In this document: one piece after another, positions 14,663 to 42,410 of the stretch
How positions within the stretch are numbered: position 1 is the stretch's first letter
Layout of the letters: the number at the start of each line of letters is the position of its first letter
From: Salpingoeca rosetta
Taxonomy: Eukaryota; Protista; Choanoflagellata
Direction of reading: 5' to 3'
DNA length: 63,444 nucleotides
Assembly (NCBI GenBank): GCA_033442325.1
Contig: JAWQFM010000002.1
Coordinates: forward strand, 1,099,881-1,163,324
Notes under the pieces: model-generated
What the model saw: the letters and a program-made list of their open reading frames with translations, nothing else
What the model was told of the DNA's origin: nothing
Databases searched by the model: none
Translations under genes and position numbers: made by a program

Positions 14663-15054
14663 CACACACACACACACAAGATGTACGAGCGCAGTGCATG
14701 CTAGGGCAAACTGTACTCAGCTGCGTACATCAACCCCGATTATTATGTTTTCACTTACCGCCGACTATTTGCCATCATTGATCATGATCAGTTAGACAAC
14801 AGTTCACTTGCTGTGTTGGTAACAAGAGCGCAGCAATAACACACAGGCTTGAAAGAAGTAAAGAGCCGCACGCTATTGTCAATGCCTTTCATACTTCGTC
14901 AGCGATAAAATAAAAATGGAAGACATACACCATACAACCCGCTTTCGAACACAAGCAGTTCATCAAGACAAGCAGCGCTGACACACACACAAACACACAC
15001 ACACACACGCACACACACACACACACATACACAAAACAACACAACAGCACCAAG

Positions 15055-15701
15055 CTAAAGCGAGCCCAACAAGTCCTCGTCGAGGTCAAGCGCGCCGACG
15101 TCTACAGGGACCTGCTGCGACCATTCAAACAGCTTGTCTTCATCATCATCCTCTTCATAGTAATCATCATAACCGTCCACACTGCCAAACCCGCCACTGG
15201 CATCAAACACATCCTCATCGCCACCACCCACGTCACCACGACGTCTCGCAACCCCTGCACCATCACCAGCACCATCACCACCACTATCATCGCGCCATGT
15301 GCTGTGAGGTGCCTCCACCATGGTCAGTGCACTTTCCTCGTTTGCCGGGCGGCTGTGCGACCATCGTCGCTCGCTCCCTGTTCCTGCACGCTGCTCCTGG
15401 GCAGATGCAAGAGCACTCCGTGCAACTACTTGCTGCTGTGATGGTTGCTGCTGTAATGCGGATGGTTGCTGCTGTAATGCAGGGGTTGCAGGTTTTCCTG
15501 TCATTGTCGATGACAGTGAGGCTGCAAGCTGTGGCGTCTGCTGCGTCTGCGGAGTGCCCACACCATATGCGCGGCGCAGCTGATTCATGCGCCGCGCTCT
15601 GCCGTGTGCAGACATGCGTCCCGTCTGCGTTCCCGTGCGTGTGCGCGTGAGGGCGCGGTGTGCTGTTGCCGCCCGCAACTTCGCCAGCTGTCACACGGCG
15701 T

Positions 15702-15751
<50 letters not shown>

Positions 15752-17922
15752 CAAGCGTGAGAGATGGGCACAACTTTCTTCTTCTGATGCCAAAGGGGGA
15801 AGATAATGCGTTCTCAACACAACCCTCTCGTCACACCACGTCAGAGTACCTGGTCATCAATCAGCACCGTCGCATTGAGCTCTTGAGTTCTGTGTTTGCA
15901 TGTGTGTGTGTGTGTGTGTTCGCATGTGTGTATGTTTGCATGTGCGTGTGCGTTGAGTGAGCGCAAAAAGATGATTGCGTGATGATGGTGACGTGAACAT
16001 GTGCACACGCACGCGAGAGAAGCCGCGAGCCACCTTGAGGCAACACATGAACAGCAACAACAGCAACAGACGATACAACGTACATCATCTTCAGTTCCGT
16101 GCGGCCGCCGCTTCTGACGTGTTCGATAAAGTCGTTCACCGTACTCGATGATGTTGTCGGCTCTGCAGGTTCAACACGCATGTGGTTGAGGGAACACGTG
16201 TGATGGAGGGTGGGCATACGCACATGGGTCACACAACACACACAACACACACAACACACACAATACAACACACATGCACGACAGAGAAGGAGTATGGAAC
16301 GCAATGGGCGGCCGCAGCAGCTCGCCACCGCCACCACGACCGCCAATGGCAGCAGGTGAATACCACAGTACCGATGGTGTGGAGCGGGCGCCAGTCGTTT
16401 GATCGCCCACCAGACATGGCCGACTGCTTGTCCAGCGCAGTCATCACCTGACAAAACACACACACACACACATGCGCGCGCGTGTGCACCATCGGATAAC
16501 CAACAGAAGGTGAGTTGAGGGCTGGTAAAGACGTTTACAAGTGGCCGTCTTCGTGCAGCAAGACGCCACACACGAATCACCACGCTCACACGCATTCACA
16601 GAATCCCACACATGTGCACACACACACGCACGCAGTTACGTACACCCGCACGCACATATACACAAGTGTGTGCACCTGCACGTATTCTCGCTCGTCGCTG
16701 ACGTCGATGAGATCGCTCATGCCACCGGAGTTGACGTGCAGATACCAGTCCTCAATCACTTGCTCCATGTACTTTCGTGGGCCCATCATACTCCGCGCAT
16801 CCTCCGCCGCCTGGCAATCGCAAAAGTACAACGGCAGCGGTTGCTGATTGTCATGAAATTGATTGTCTGGAATGGCGACGAGCTCTTCTGTGTTGCGGCA
16901 AGCCACGTTTGCAGCACTCGTATATGCACCCACGCACACGCATACACACCACACACGCACACGCACACATGCACGCACAGATTCGCGCGCACATCCACAT
17001 GCACGTACATACATCCCGTAGATGCACATGGCCAAACAATACCCTCTCCAGGTTGCAATAATGCACACGCACCTGAGTTGATGCGCGGAAGAGCTGGCGA
17101 GCGGACATGTACTGCACCTTTGTGCCACAAGGACTCAAATATATCTGCAACCGACAGCGTGGTTGAAATGGTGGGAGGACATGAGCACATACGCACACGG
17201 TTGACATCCTAAAAACCAGCACAGCAAACTGCTTCGCGTGTGTCAAGGGAGTTGCAGAGCCAAAGGTGGAATCAGGAACAAGCAAGAAGTCCCTCCCATA
17301 CGCACGCACACACGCACAAGCCGTCGCATAGACCACCTTGAAGAAGATTTGAGGGGGGTACTGGTCACCACCAAACCGAAAGCGTATGGTTGGCGAGAGT
17401 GTGGGGTCTAGAAGAAGCTCTGCTTCCGCAGGGCACAGGGTTCGAATAAAATCCACAGCATATGCCGTTTCCTGTTGTTTCATCCACGATACCACGAATT
17501 GTACCATGAGCAAGCAGTGTGGCGTCATCACTCTAAGCTCCGGGTGCCAATGGCCAGTTGGCTGACCGACCGACAAGGGAACAACACACAACATACAACA
17601 ACAACACAACGACACAGAACACGGCAACACAACACGGAACAACCCAAAACACAACAACACACAAAAAGGCAACACCACGTACCGCGGCCTTAACGGCCAG
17701 CTTGAGCCGTTGAAATAGACGGCGCCATGCCACGCGCCGTACGGCACGTGTGATGATCGTGGCCGCAACGTGCTCCACGTGCCGCTGCTGCATCTCCTCA
17801 TCATCAGCTCCACCCACCGCAGTGCGGTGGTGCTGCTGTTGTGGGAAGCGTCTGGTGAACGTCGTTGTCATCGGCGTTGTTGTTGTGCAGCCAAGTCCGG
17901 ACGATTCATGGAAGATATCCAT
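15055..17922 (-). CDS. CXorf58 / C11orf65(MFI)-family protein with an N-terminal IQ-like motif
   Basis: Motifs are AATIITRAVRRVAWRRLFQRLK, LCPAEAELLLDPTLSPTIRFRFGGDQYPPQIFFK, AAEDARSMMGPRKYMEQVIED, LDKQSAMSGGRSNDWRPL and the acidic tail EDKLFEWSQQ, the motif order I recognise in the CXorf58 family. Confidence 0.72.
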
Positions 17923-18124
17923 TAATTCTCCAACACACGACAAGACGAAGAACAACAGAACAAGCTGGCGTTGTTGGTGTTGCTGTGCTGCCTGTCCTGA
18001 CCACACTCGAGTGTCTGTCTGTCCGTCTGTCCTTGTTCGTCTTCGTTTTGCTCCCATCGTTGCTTTGCTGCTGAAGTTGCGGTGTGGCATGAATGGTACA
18101 TGCTGCAGTAGCACACCACCACAA
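17923..18124. promoter_or_regulatory. Candidate bidirectional promoter, CXorf58-like/PH gene (about 200 bp)
   Basis: Divergent ATGs at 17922 and 18125. Confidence 0.55.
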
Positions 18125-20252
<2,128 letters not shown>

Positions 20253-20259
20253 ACCGTGG

Positions 20260-20262
<3 letters not shown>

Positions 20263-20340
<78 letters not shown>

Positions 20341-20385
20341 GTGGTGTGGTGTGGAGTGGTGGTGGTGGTGGTGGTGGTGGTGGTG
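20263..20385 (+). repeat. (GAT)n followed by (GGT)n in the PH gene 3' UTR
   Basis: Directly visible. Confidence 0.9.
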
Positions 20386-21024
20386 AGCTGCGCAATGATG
20401 ACTCCGAGCTGTTGCTGGTGGTGGTGGCTGCCACTGTGTTATGTTACGTTACGACTGTGGCTGGCTGGGTAGACGGCCTCATTGCTGATTGACGTTGTGT
20501 GTGCTCTCGTTCTCGGCCTCCCCTCCCCCGGCTGTTGTTATGTTTGATACTCTGTAGACAAACATGTACGCGTGCACGCATGTGTTTGCGTATGTTGGTG
20601 CGTGAGTGGTGATGACTGCTTTGAGGACGCCGGGGCTGCCTTCTTGTCTCCTTCCTTCCTTCTTCCTTGTGTTTCTGTCCTCGTCGATGCGATTGTGTGC
20701 ATATATGCTGGGGTGTCTTCCTACGTCTCTTTGTGTGTGTTGTCGTTGCTGCTGCTGGCTGTGCCGGCACATTGACTGCAACCAACACCAAACCTTGTTG
20801 CTTTGTGGCTTCCTCAGCCCCTCCAACCAACCTCAATGTACATAACCGCTCCAATACACGACGGCTACAACATGGGATGACAGGCGTGGCATGGTGTATG
20901 GCGCTGCTTGCTTGATGTGTGCTGCCACCGCTCAGAGTTGGGGTCGTTTACTCGGTTTGTTACAGCCACAGCATGCAAGCAGTGCGGTGCGTCGTGTCAG
21001 TATGAAAGGTGTGCACGCTCGAAG

Positions 21025-21277
21025 CTACGTGCGATAGAAGGCGTTGTCCATGCTGGTCTGAAACTCCTGTAGCCTCTTCCTGCCTTGCGCCACCAGGAGC
21101 TGGATTTCCCTCTGCGACACAAGTGTCAGCAGTGAAGGTCGTGAAGATGTGAGCGACCACGCATGTTGTACGCAAGCACGCTCCCCATGTGAGTATGTGT
21201 GTGTCTGTGTGTGTGTGTGTGCGTGTGTGTGTCTGTGTGTGTGTGTGTGTGTTTGTGTGTGTGTGTGCGTGTGTGTA

Positions 21278-21355
<78 letters not shown>

Positions 21356-22077
21356 CAGGGAGTAGGTCGTGTTGCATGCGCTTCCTACAATAGGCGCAAC
21401 GATAACGCGTTGCTTGCTCGTTGTTTCACACACCTCGTCTGTCTCCTTGATATGATTCTTGAACTCGGTGCGCACCCAATCACGCAGGTACTCGCGATAG
21501 TAGCTGTCATTCACCTCTGCATGAGCACCGGATATGCGTATTGCGTGTGCGTTGTGCGTGTGCGTTGTGCGTTAGGCGTTAGGCGTCGTGCATTGGTGGA
21601 GGTAGGTGGTTGTTTCAGATAAGGCACGTGGCTATTCGGTTATTTGCAAACAGACAGAAATAGAGACAAAGAAACACAGCGAGAGAGACAGACAGACAGA
21701 GAGACAGAGACAGAGAGAGAAACGTCGCAAGGAAGGGACGCTCTCATACACACACATAACACACACACACACGCGCGCACACATCAACACAGCATGACAA
21801 CCACACAACTCACCTCGAATGGTGCGGAACATGTCACGGTACAGGACCATGACATCTCGTCGCAGCATAAACTGTGAGGGACAAGCCAAAGGGCCGTGTG
21901 ACATGAGGCTTTCAGGAGGCGAATTATGGGAGGGAACAAGAAGGAGAGGTTTCACGTCCACCACAAGCAACTGCACACACACACATAAAAGCACACACAC
22001 ACATAAAAGCACACACACACATAAAAGCACACACACACATAAAAGCACACACACACATAAAAGCACACACACACATA

Positions 22078-22115
<38 letters not shown>

Positions 22116-22230
22116 CACACACACACACACACACAAAAGCACACACACACACACACACAAAAGCACACACACACACACACACAAAAGCACACACCTGTCG
22201 CAACGATGGGATGTGGGATGGCAACACCAT
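21025..22230 (-). CDS. LYRM2: LYR motif-containing protein 2 (Complex1_LYR family), 4 exons
   Basis: The spliced protein reads MVLPSHIPSLRQ|FMLRRDVMVLYRDMFRTIR|EVNDSYYREYLRDWVRTEFKNHIKETDE|REIQLLVAQGRKRLQEFQTSMDNAFYRT*. Confidence 0.88.
21975..22193 (+). repeat. Compound repeat (CA)n-TAAAAG / (CA)n-AAAG in LYRM2 intron 1
   Basis: Periodic 18-24 bp units are directly visible. Confidence 0.85.
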
Positions 22231-22388
22231 TGTGGAAGATTGTGAATAAAATGGCCAATTTTCGCACATGACGGTGCCATCGCCTCCTCGTCTGCGTCCT
22301 CCTTCCTTCAAGTCTCATAGCCTCCCTTCCCTTCTTCCCTGCCCCCTCTCGTGATCTTCTCTTCGAACCCCCTCCTCAAACCTGAACC
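22231..22388. promoter_or_regulatory. Candidate bidirectional promoter, LYRM2/secreted ILEI protein (about 158 bp)
   Basis: Divergent ATGs. The minus strand reads GAAAATTGGCCATTTTATTCACAA just upstream of the LYRM2 ATG. Confidence 0.55.
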
Positions 22389-22575
22389 ATGGCGCGGCTT
22401 GCTCGACGCTGTGGTGCGCTGTTTGCGGTGCTGCTGATGCTGTTGGTGGCGCTTGCCAGCAAGCATGCGCTTGTCTCCGCCGCCAGCAACAGCACGACGA
22501 CCGCAATACCGACCACGACAACTACCACCACCACACCCATCGTCTGCCAAAGCGCATCTGAACAAGGTACACCGC

Positions 22576-22608
<33 letters not shown>

Positions 22609-24294
22609 CACAACACAACACAATCCTTTATTGGGCGCATGTATGTCGTGTCGCTGTGTCGTTGAGGTCGTTGAGTGCAGCTCGCCAGCCATGTCAGTAC
22701 CTCACACCGCTGTCTGTCCGTGTTTCGGCGTTGGATCTTGTGCTGTACCCTCAGCTTGTGCTCGAAAGGGAAGGATGCCATGCCGGAATGATCCGAATGT
22801 GTGTGGCCCTTGCCTGCGAGACCATCCGTACGCTGCTCGTGGGGGCGATCCAACGCAGGACGGCAACTCCAACTGCACCTCACGTAAGCATGATTGGCAC
22901 ACATACTCGTGCGCGTGCCTGCATGCACAAACACAAGCAAAGCCAAAAGCTGTGTAGCAATCTGCATCCCGTCCTTTCTGCGTTCAGCAAACGGTTGAGC
23001 CCTGCAACGTGTATGTGTGGGGCAACGCTCGCTGCTTGCCTGTCTCACATGCGGCCCGTCCCGACTGCTGCTTCTTCCGTGCCTGCAGGCATTGATCGGC
23101 CCAAAATCGCTACGGAGCAGGGTCACATTGTTGCAGACGCCCTGAGCGGCGACATCTTCCTGCGTTTCTTGAATGGCCAAGAACTCTCCGTGTCTTCGCT
23201 GGCAGCGCTTCACACGAACATGCAGGTACAGGCAAGAGGTGCTATCTGTCCCCTACTCGAACGTATGGCAGCTTCATACGTGTGCTCTCCTGCATGACAC
23301 TCTTCTTGCATCGTTGCTCTCGCTCGCTTGTGAACATGCACCACCCCAACACCCTGTCTTGATTGCCTGTGCGTTTGCAGAACGAGCTGTCGCTGGCGCT
23401 GGATGACCTCAGGTGCGTTCTTGCGTTCTTGCGTTCTTGCATCTCCTGCGTGTGCTTGTCTCCATGTGACGTTCAAGGCCTGTTTCCTGATGCCATGTTG
23501 TTCTTAATGAATGTTTGGTGCAGGGGCGAGTTTGCCACGAAGCTGGCTGAGCTTGAGGCCCAGTACAAGGCTGAGATTCAATCTCTCAGAATCGCCCTAC
23601 AGCGCTCAAACAGGTGCCTTTGCTGTGTCGTGTGTTGTGTGTTGTGTGTGTTGTGTGTTGTGTGTTGTGTGTATGTGTATCTTGTGTGTCGTGTGTGTGT
23701 CGTGTGTACGGTTGCTTTTGTCGCCTTCGCAAGGATCGATACCTTTTCCTGGAGTTGTGGGTGTTATGTTACACAGCTTCCACACACTCACGCGCCGCAA
23801 ACACCACTGCCCTTCTCTCCCACGTTAGTTCGCTGGAGTCTGAAATTGAAACACTCGACTCAAGCAAAGCAGATGTTGCGGACGTGCATCGCGTGGAGAG
23901 TAGCATCGAAAGTGTCCAAAGCAGCGTCATCAGCATTAACAGTGCGTGTAGCTTCCGACAGCTGATCTCCTCCCTCCCCCCTCACACTCGCGTGCCTGCA
24001 TCTTTGTATCTCGATAGTGTTGGTTCAACCGATGTGGGTGCTTCGTACCTTCCTATCCCTTCGTGTGTTCGCTTTCCCCCTCCCACTCTCCTCCTCCACT
24101 GCACACCGCTCACCCGTTGTCACTGTTCCGTGATTAGGTGCGCTGAACAACAAGGTTGATCTTGAAGGCCAGGCCTCGCTTGAAACAGCGCTGCGCTCCG
24201 ACATCTCCATCGTTGCCTCAGATGGGCAGGACACCGCAAATGCTCTTGAGTGCGTATGCACGTGTGTGCATGTGTGCGTGCATGTGCATGTGCA

Positions 24295-24385
<91 letters not shown>

Positions 24386-26567
24386 TAAAGAGGAGGGGGG
24401 TTTTTCTTCACTCGTGCTGTGCGTATTTGCCGTGTGCAAACGCACCGTTACATGGCGTGTTGCTTGTTCTTTATGCAGCGCTGATGCTCACGATCCACGC
24501 CAACAACAAACATATGCTGCTCCGGCAGGGGTTTGTTGGAGACAGCCGCGCGGGTCACGGATGTTGAGGCATCATTCGAGGAGTTGCGAATGGACATTTC
24601 GGAAGTATCGACAGCGGAGCGTGAGTTGCTGCTCGTATACTCGAGAGGGTTCCCCTTTCGCATGTTTCGGGAACTTCTGTTCCTCCACGCTGCTTTTTGT
24701 GTTGATCATGTTCTGCGATCAATCATGACCCGTGCATTACGTCCCCTTGCTTGCAGGCAACACGGCGTCGCTCTTTGATGGACTCATCGTCAAGATTTCG
24801 GTGTGCATGTGTGTGTGTGTGTGTCTGTGTGTGTGTGTGTGTCTGTCTGTCTCTCTGTCTGTCTGTCTCTCTCTATCTGTGTGTGTGTGTGTGTGTGTGT
24901 GGAGTTGACAGGTGTGGGCGTGCGCTGTATGTGCTTGAATGACGACGACGCAAACCACGAAAGTTGGTCTCCAATGTGCTCCTCGCTCACACGGTCTGGT
25001 GTGGCTGCTGTTGCCCGTTTTCCTCGTGCACTATTCTTTGCTTGCAGGCACAGAGCTCTGGGCTTTGCAGTGGCTCGGCGCGACGCTTGTGGATCAACGA
25101 CGAGGTGCACATTGCTGCTCCCTTCAAGCGAATCATTCACACACACGTGCACGCGCGCCATCTCGCCATACTCTGTTCCTCCCCTACTTGCACTCACTCA
25201 CACGCTCACTCACTCATACACACACACTCACTCTCTCACTTACTCACACACACTCTCACTCACTCACTCACTCACTCACTCACTCACTCACTCACTCACT
25301 CACTTACTCACACACACTCTCACTCACTCACACACATACACATATCCACACACACACATACCATCTCTCTCTCTCGCGCACGCGCGCCCACACAGCCTTA
25401 CACCTGGACGTCGTCTTGGAGCCGTGGCATCAACACCGTGGAGTTCCACCCAACGACCATGCAAGTCGTGCGTGAGCAGAACTTTGACACTTGCTGTGGA
25501 TCCTCCCCAGCAACGGAAGGTGTGATGTGATCGAGGTGTTTTGCGTCTCGTGTTGCTGTCGACTTGTGCTTTTTCCCTCGTGTTCAACCTGTATTTGTCG
25601 CGTTGGCGTGGTACATGCTTTCCACGCATGCTTTCCACGCGCTCATGCGTTGTCCTGCTTTTTCACACCAAAATGGCGCAGCTGATCGCCTCACACAGTA
25701 CATCAACGGCCTGGCGGAGGGCGTGCCAGTCGTGTTTGTGATCCACGATGAAGGTAAGCCCGAGAGTGGGGGACCTGTTGCTCCTGGTGTTACACAATGG
25801 ACGTTGTGGTTGGATAGTAGAAGCTTCGGTCTCTGTCGTAGTGTCATGTCGCTTGATGACATACCCTCACGCCCTAGCTCACGCGATGGGGTGGCATTCT
25901 TGCCTTTGTAATGCCATTTTGCCGTGCCTGCAGGTATCAGCGCTGCCGATGACGAGCTGAAGTCAGCCATCGAGAGCATGGGCAGCCGGTACATCCGTAC
26001 CATCACCTACAGAGGTGCGCTTTGCTTGTATGCCTTTGAGGGACAGGCAAGCTGCAAGGGCTGATCAGGATGTATTTGGTTGTGCATGCTCGACACTGCC
26101 TGCACACATGGCTGTGCATGCGTACCTGCCTATTCACACACGCACACATGCACACACGCGCACGCCGCACATGCATCTGCCTTGAAGAGTCGTGGGCCAT
26201 GATTGGAATCAAGGGGGCGTTTCCCGGCACTGTTCCGGAGGCGTACGGCTCCAAAGTGGACGACCCCGGATGCACACGTGATCCACCTGTCCAGGACGAA
26301 ACAGCAATCATTTCGCAGTTGTTCTTTGCTGGCAAGCTCGCTCCTTTCAACCAAGAGCTTGCACGTCGCTCGTACGCCAATGTATGTGTGTGTGTGTGTG
26401 TCCCTTTTGGGCATGGACGCGTGCTACTGGGATTGACTGTCATTGCTCATCTGTCGTGCATTTCGTTGTGCCCACTCTGCTCGCGCGTCCGTCATGCTCG
26501 CACTTTCGTGTTCCGGCTGTGCTGAACACACTTGCACTCACGCATGCAATCGCACCCACCCACCCAC

Positions 26568-26645
<78 letters not shown>

Positions 26646-27361
26646 GGATGCAACAACCGTTCTTCACACACGCACAACAAATGCGCGCACACTCGCACAC
26701 ACACACACAATTACACACACGCGCTTGCATGGTGCTCGCGCTCGCGTGCCGCCAGGGCCTGGAACGCTTCCGCAAGCGTTCGTCGTCGACGTGGGATGCG
26801 ATGGTGTGGGGCGGGTACATCAGCGGAGACGTGGCGGGTATTGCTGAGCTTGGGACTATTCCAAGGACCTCCAATTACCAGCGATACATTGACATCAAAG
26901 GTATGAAGGCACGGGGTTTGTGTTTTCGTGTTTCCGGACTTGGGCACCGTGATGGCCCACTTATCTCTCGTGTGCTCTGCTTGGTTCCTCTCCACACGGG
27001 ATGTGTGCGTGTCAGGTATTATTGATGTGTGAGCATTTCTTCCAGAGTGTCACGCTCCTCCTCGTGCTTGCCTGCAGTGTACGGCTCCCATCGCGGCTAC
27101 AACGTCAACAGCTACTTCGAGTTCAAGCACTATGTCATCATGTGCGGCGACAAGTGCTCTGCCGCCCTCATTGACGCAGCAGGTCTCTGCAACAAAACCT
27201 GTTTTCTTTTTGTTGTCGTTCCTCGACATTGGGCGGGATGGGGAAGGGCGATTGACACACGATGTTCCGCAGGCCTTTGGTGTTCTTTGCATTGTTCACA
27301 CGCGGTACATGCAACACGCGCTCACGCACAAACACACGCGTCCACGCATGCTTGCGATTGC

Positions 27362-27435
<74 letters not shown>

Positions 27436-28255
27436 ACTACAGGTCGAGGTACGGTGAGCCTCTACGACACGATCCATCACGACTCCAACACATATGCAGG
27501 TGAGGGATACCTCTCAACATGCGCATGTGTGCGTGTGCGTGCGTGTGTGTTTGTCTTGTGTACACGCCGTATTGTGTCTCATTTCTTCCCTTTTCAGCGT
27601 GCTGTGTGAAGCGCCGTCCTTGCTCGTTGCTCCTGTGATTCTCATTTTGCTGTTCCTCTGTTCATGCGTTGCGACCTTCGACTGGATGCTGCTTCTCAGG
27701 CAATGGTGACATTGACATCCCCCCAGAGGGTTTTGTGATTGCGCTCCGATTTACACCCGTCATTGGCGCCAACTTTGACTGTGAGCTGCGTGTGTGTGTG
27801 CGTGTGTGTCCGGGTTTGTTGCTGTTGGTCTGGGAGCGTGCGAAGTGTGTTTTGGGTGTTGGCAGTGTCCATGCGCTCCGAAAGTGCCCTTCGAGTGCAA
27901 CCAAGGCTGCGTTGTCCGCATCGCTTCTGTTTTGCTCTTGCACACACACACTCACACACTCACACTCTCTCCCACTCACACACACTCACACACTCACACA
28001 CACGCACACGCACGCACACACACGCACGCACACACACGCACGCTCATCCTCACACACTCACACACACGCCTCTGTGTTGCGTGTATCGTGCTTGCTTGCT
28101 TGTTGGCATCGCTTGCAGACACGGTTGTGGTGAATTACTATGACTTTGACGAGTTCCACCCAAGCTTCGTTCCATCAGACCATCGCTGCTTCGACATGAG
28201 AGGCAATGCCGGCTATTCCTACCCATACGTCTCCTTCAAGTGCCGCGATGTTTGA
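22389..28255 (+). CDS. Secreted multidomain protein: signal peptide, Thr-rich stalk, Cys-rich module, coiled coil, ILEI/PANDER (GG-type lectin) domain and an unknown C-terminal domain
   Basis: Signal peptide MARLARRCGALFAVLLMLLVALASKHALVSA. ILEI hallmarks: SRGINTVEFHPTTMQVVREQNFDT, YINGLAEGVPVVFVIHDEG, KSAIESMGSRYIRTITYRESWAMIGIKG. Exon phases checked across 23829-25753 are consistent. Stop at 28253-28255. Confidence 0.78.
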
Positions 28256-28992
28256 GCGTCACATCACTTGCCACGTGAGACGTGCTCAGCTTGCGTGCTG
28301 TTTTGCTTTCTTTGCTTGTTTGTGTTTGTGTTTGTGTTGTGCTGTTCGTGCTTCGTTGCCTGTCTCCTCTCGCTCACTGTGGAGGGAGTGTGTGTTTGTT
28401 GTTTTTGGCCTTTCCTTCGCCTGGCTTGTTGACTTGCACTGTCTGTGTGTCGAGGGATGGTGAGCTGTTCCTTCACAATACAACACAATAAATGTGGTGA
28501 TTTTGAACGCGCGTGTTCAGCAACGTAACAAGTCGCAGCACCAATCAGCCAAGGGACAGTCCCAATACCATCTTTGTTGTGGAGCTCATGGCGAATAACA
28601 ATTTTCGTGTCGTGGATGAGAATGTCGTCTATGCTGCTGCTGCTACACGTCAAGCAAGTGGACGCCAGAGCGCGCGCGCGCGTTGGCAGATGGTCGTCCG
28701 TCGGCCCCCTTGTCTTCCTCCCTCTCTGACCTTTTTTTTTTTTTTTTTCTGCACATGCACAGACAAAGCATGCACACAGAACTGCTTTGTTTCCCACACG
28801 TCATGTCACCACCACCAAACTGGCCCTCATTGATTGCAAGGTTTCATGGCTGTGCTTTGTGTAATTGAAGAACGAGACAGACACGACCGAACACACCCAG
28901 GCCGATGAGTTGGCCGAAAAAGAAGAAGATGGTGGTGGCTAAGAACAAATCGCCGTGAAAGTAAGAGGTTCCACCGAGGGGAGAGAGGGAGG

Positions 28993-29037
<45 letters not shown>

Positions 29038-29146
29038 GGGACCAAGCTCGCAGAAAAAACAAACAAAACCAAACACACACACACACACACACAGGGTGAA
29101 ATTAAGGCAGAGGACAAAGAGACGGCACACGCACTCCACTATGGGC

Positions 29147-42094
<12,948 letters not shown>

Positions 42095-42410
42095 TTGTGC
42101 CGACGACTTCTGGGTCAGGTCCAATCACTGGCTTTGGCATGCTTGCAGTCGTAGTTGTAGCAGCAACAACACCAGTGGCACCAAAAGCAGCAGCAGCAGC
42201 AGCAGCAGCGAGGCCCTTTTCGTTCCGTCTGCACTGCTCGTGTCCCAAGGTCAATCAGACAAGCGCACCCACCAAGATGTGCTTGTTGGCTTTTTCTGTG
42301 TGTCTGCTCCAACCAACGTACCAACAACGCACTGCTGACTGGAGCGGCGATTTTTGGTGGATGTCTTTTACGATTCTTCACAACACCACACACCACACAA
42401 GAAAGGCACG
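42095..42410. promoter_or_regulatory. Candidate bidirectional promoter, MROH1/RPB8 (about 316 bp)
   Basis: Divergent ATGs at 42094 and 42411. Confidence 0.55.

Noticed and set aside
21975-22193. Periodic repeats resembling a CRISPR array (also 8389-8494)
   Set aside because: There are no unique spacers and no cas genes, and they sit in eukaryotic introns; they are compound minisatellites.
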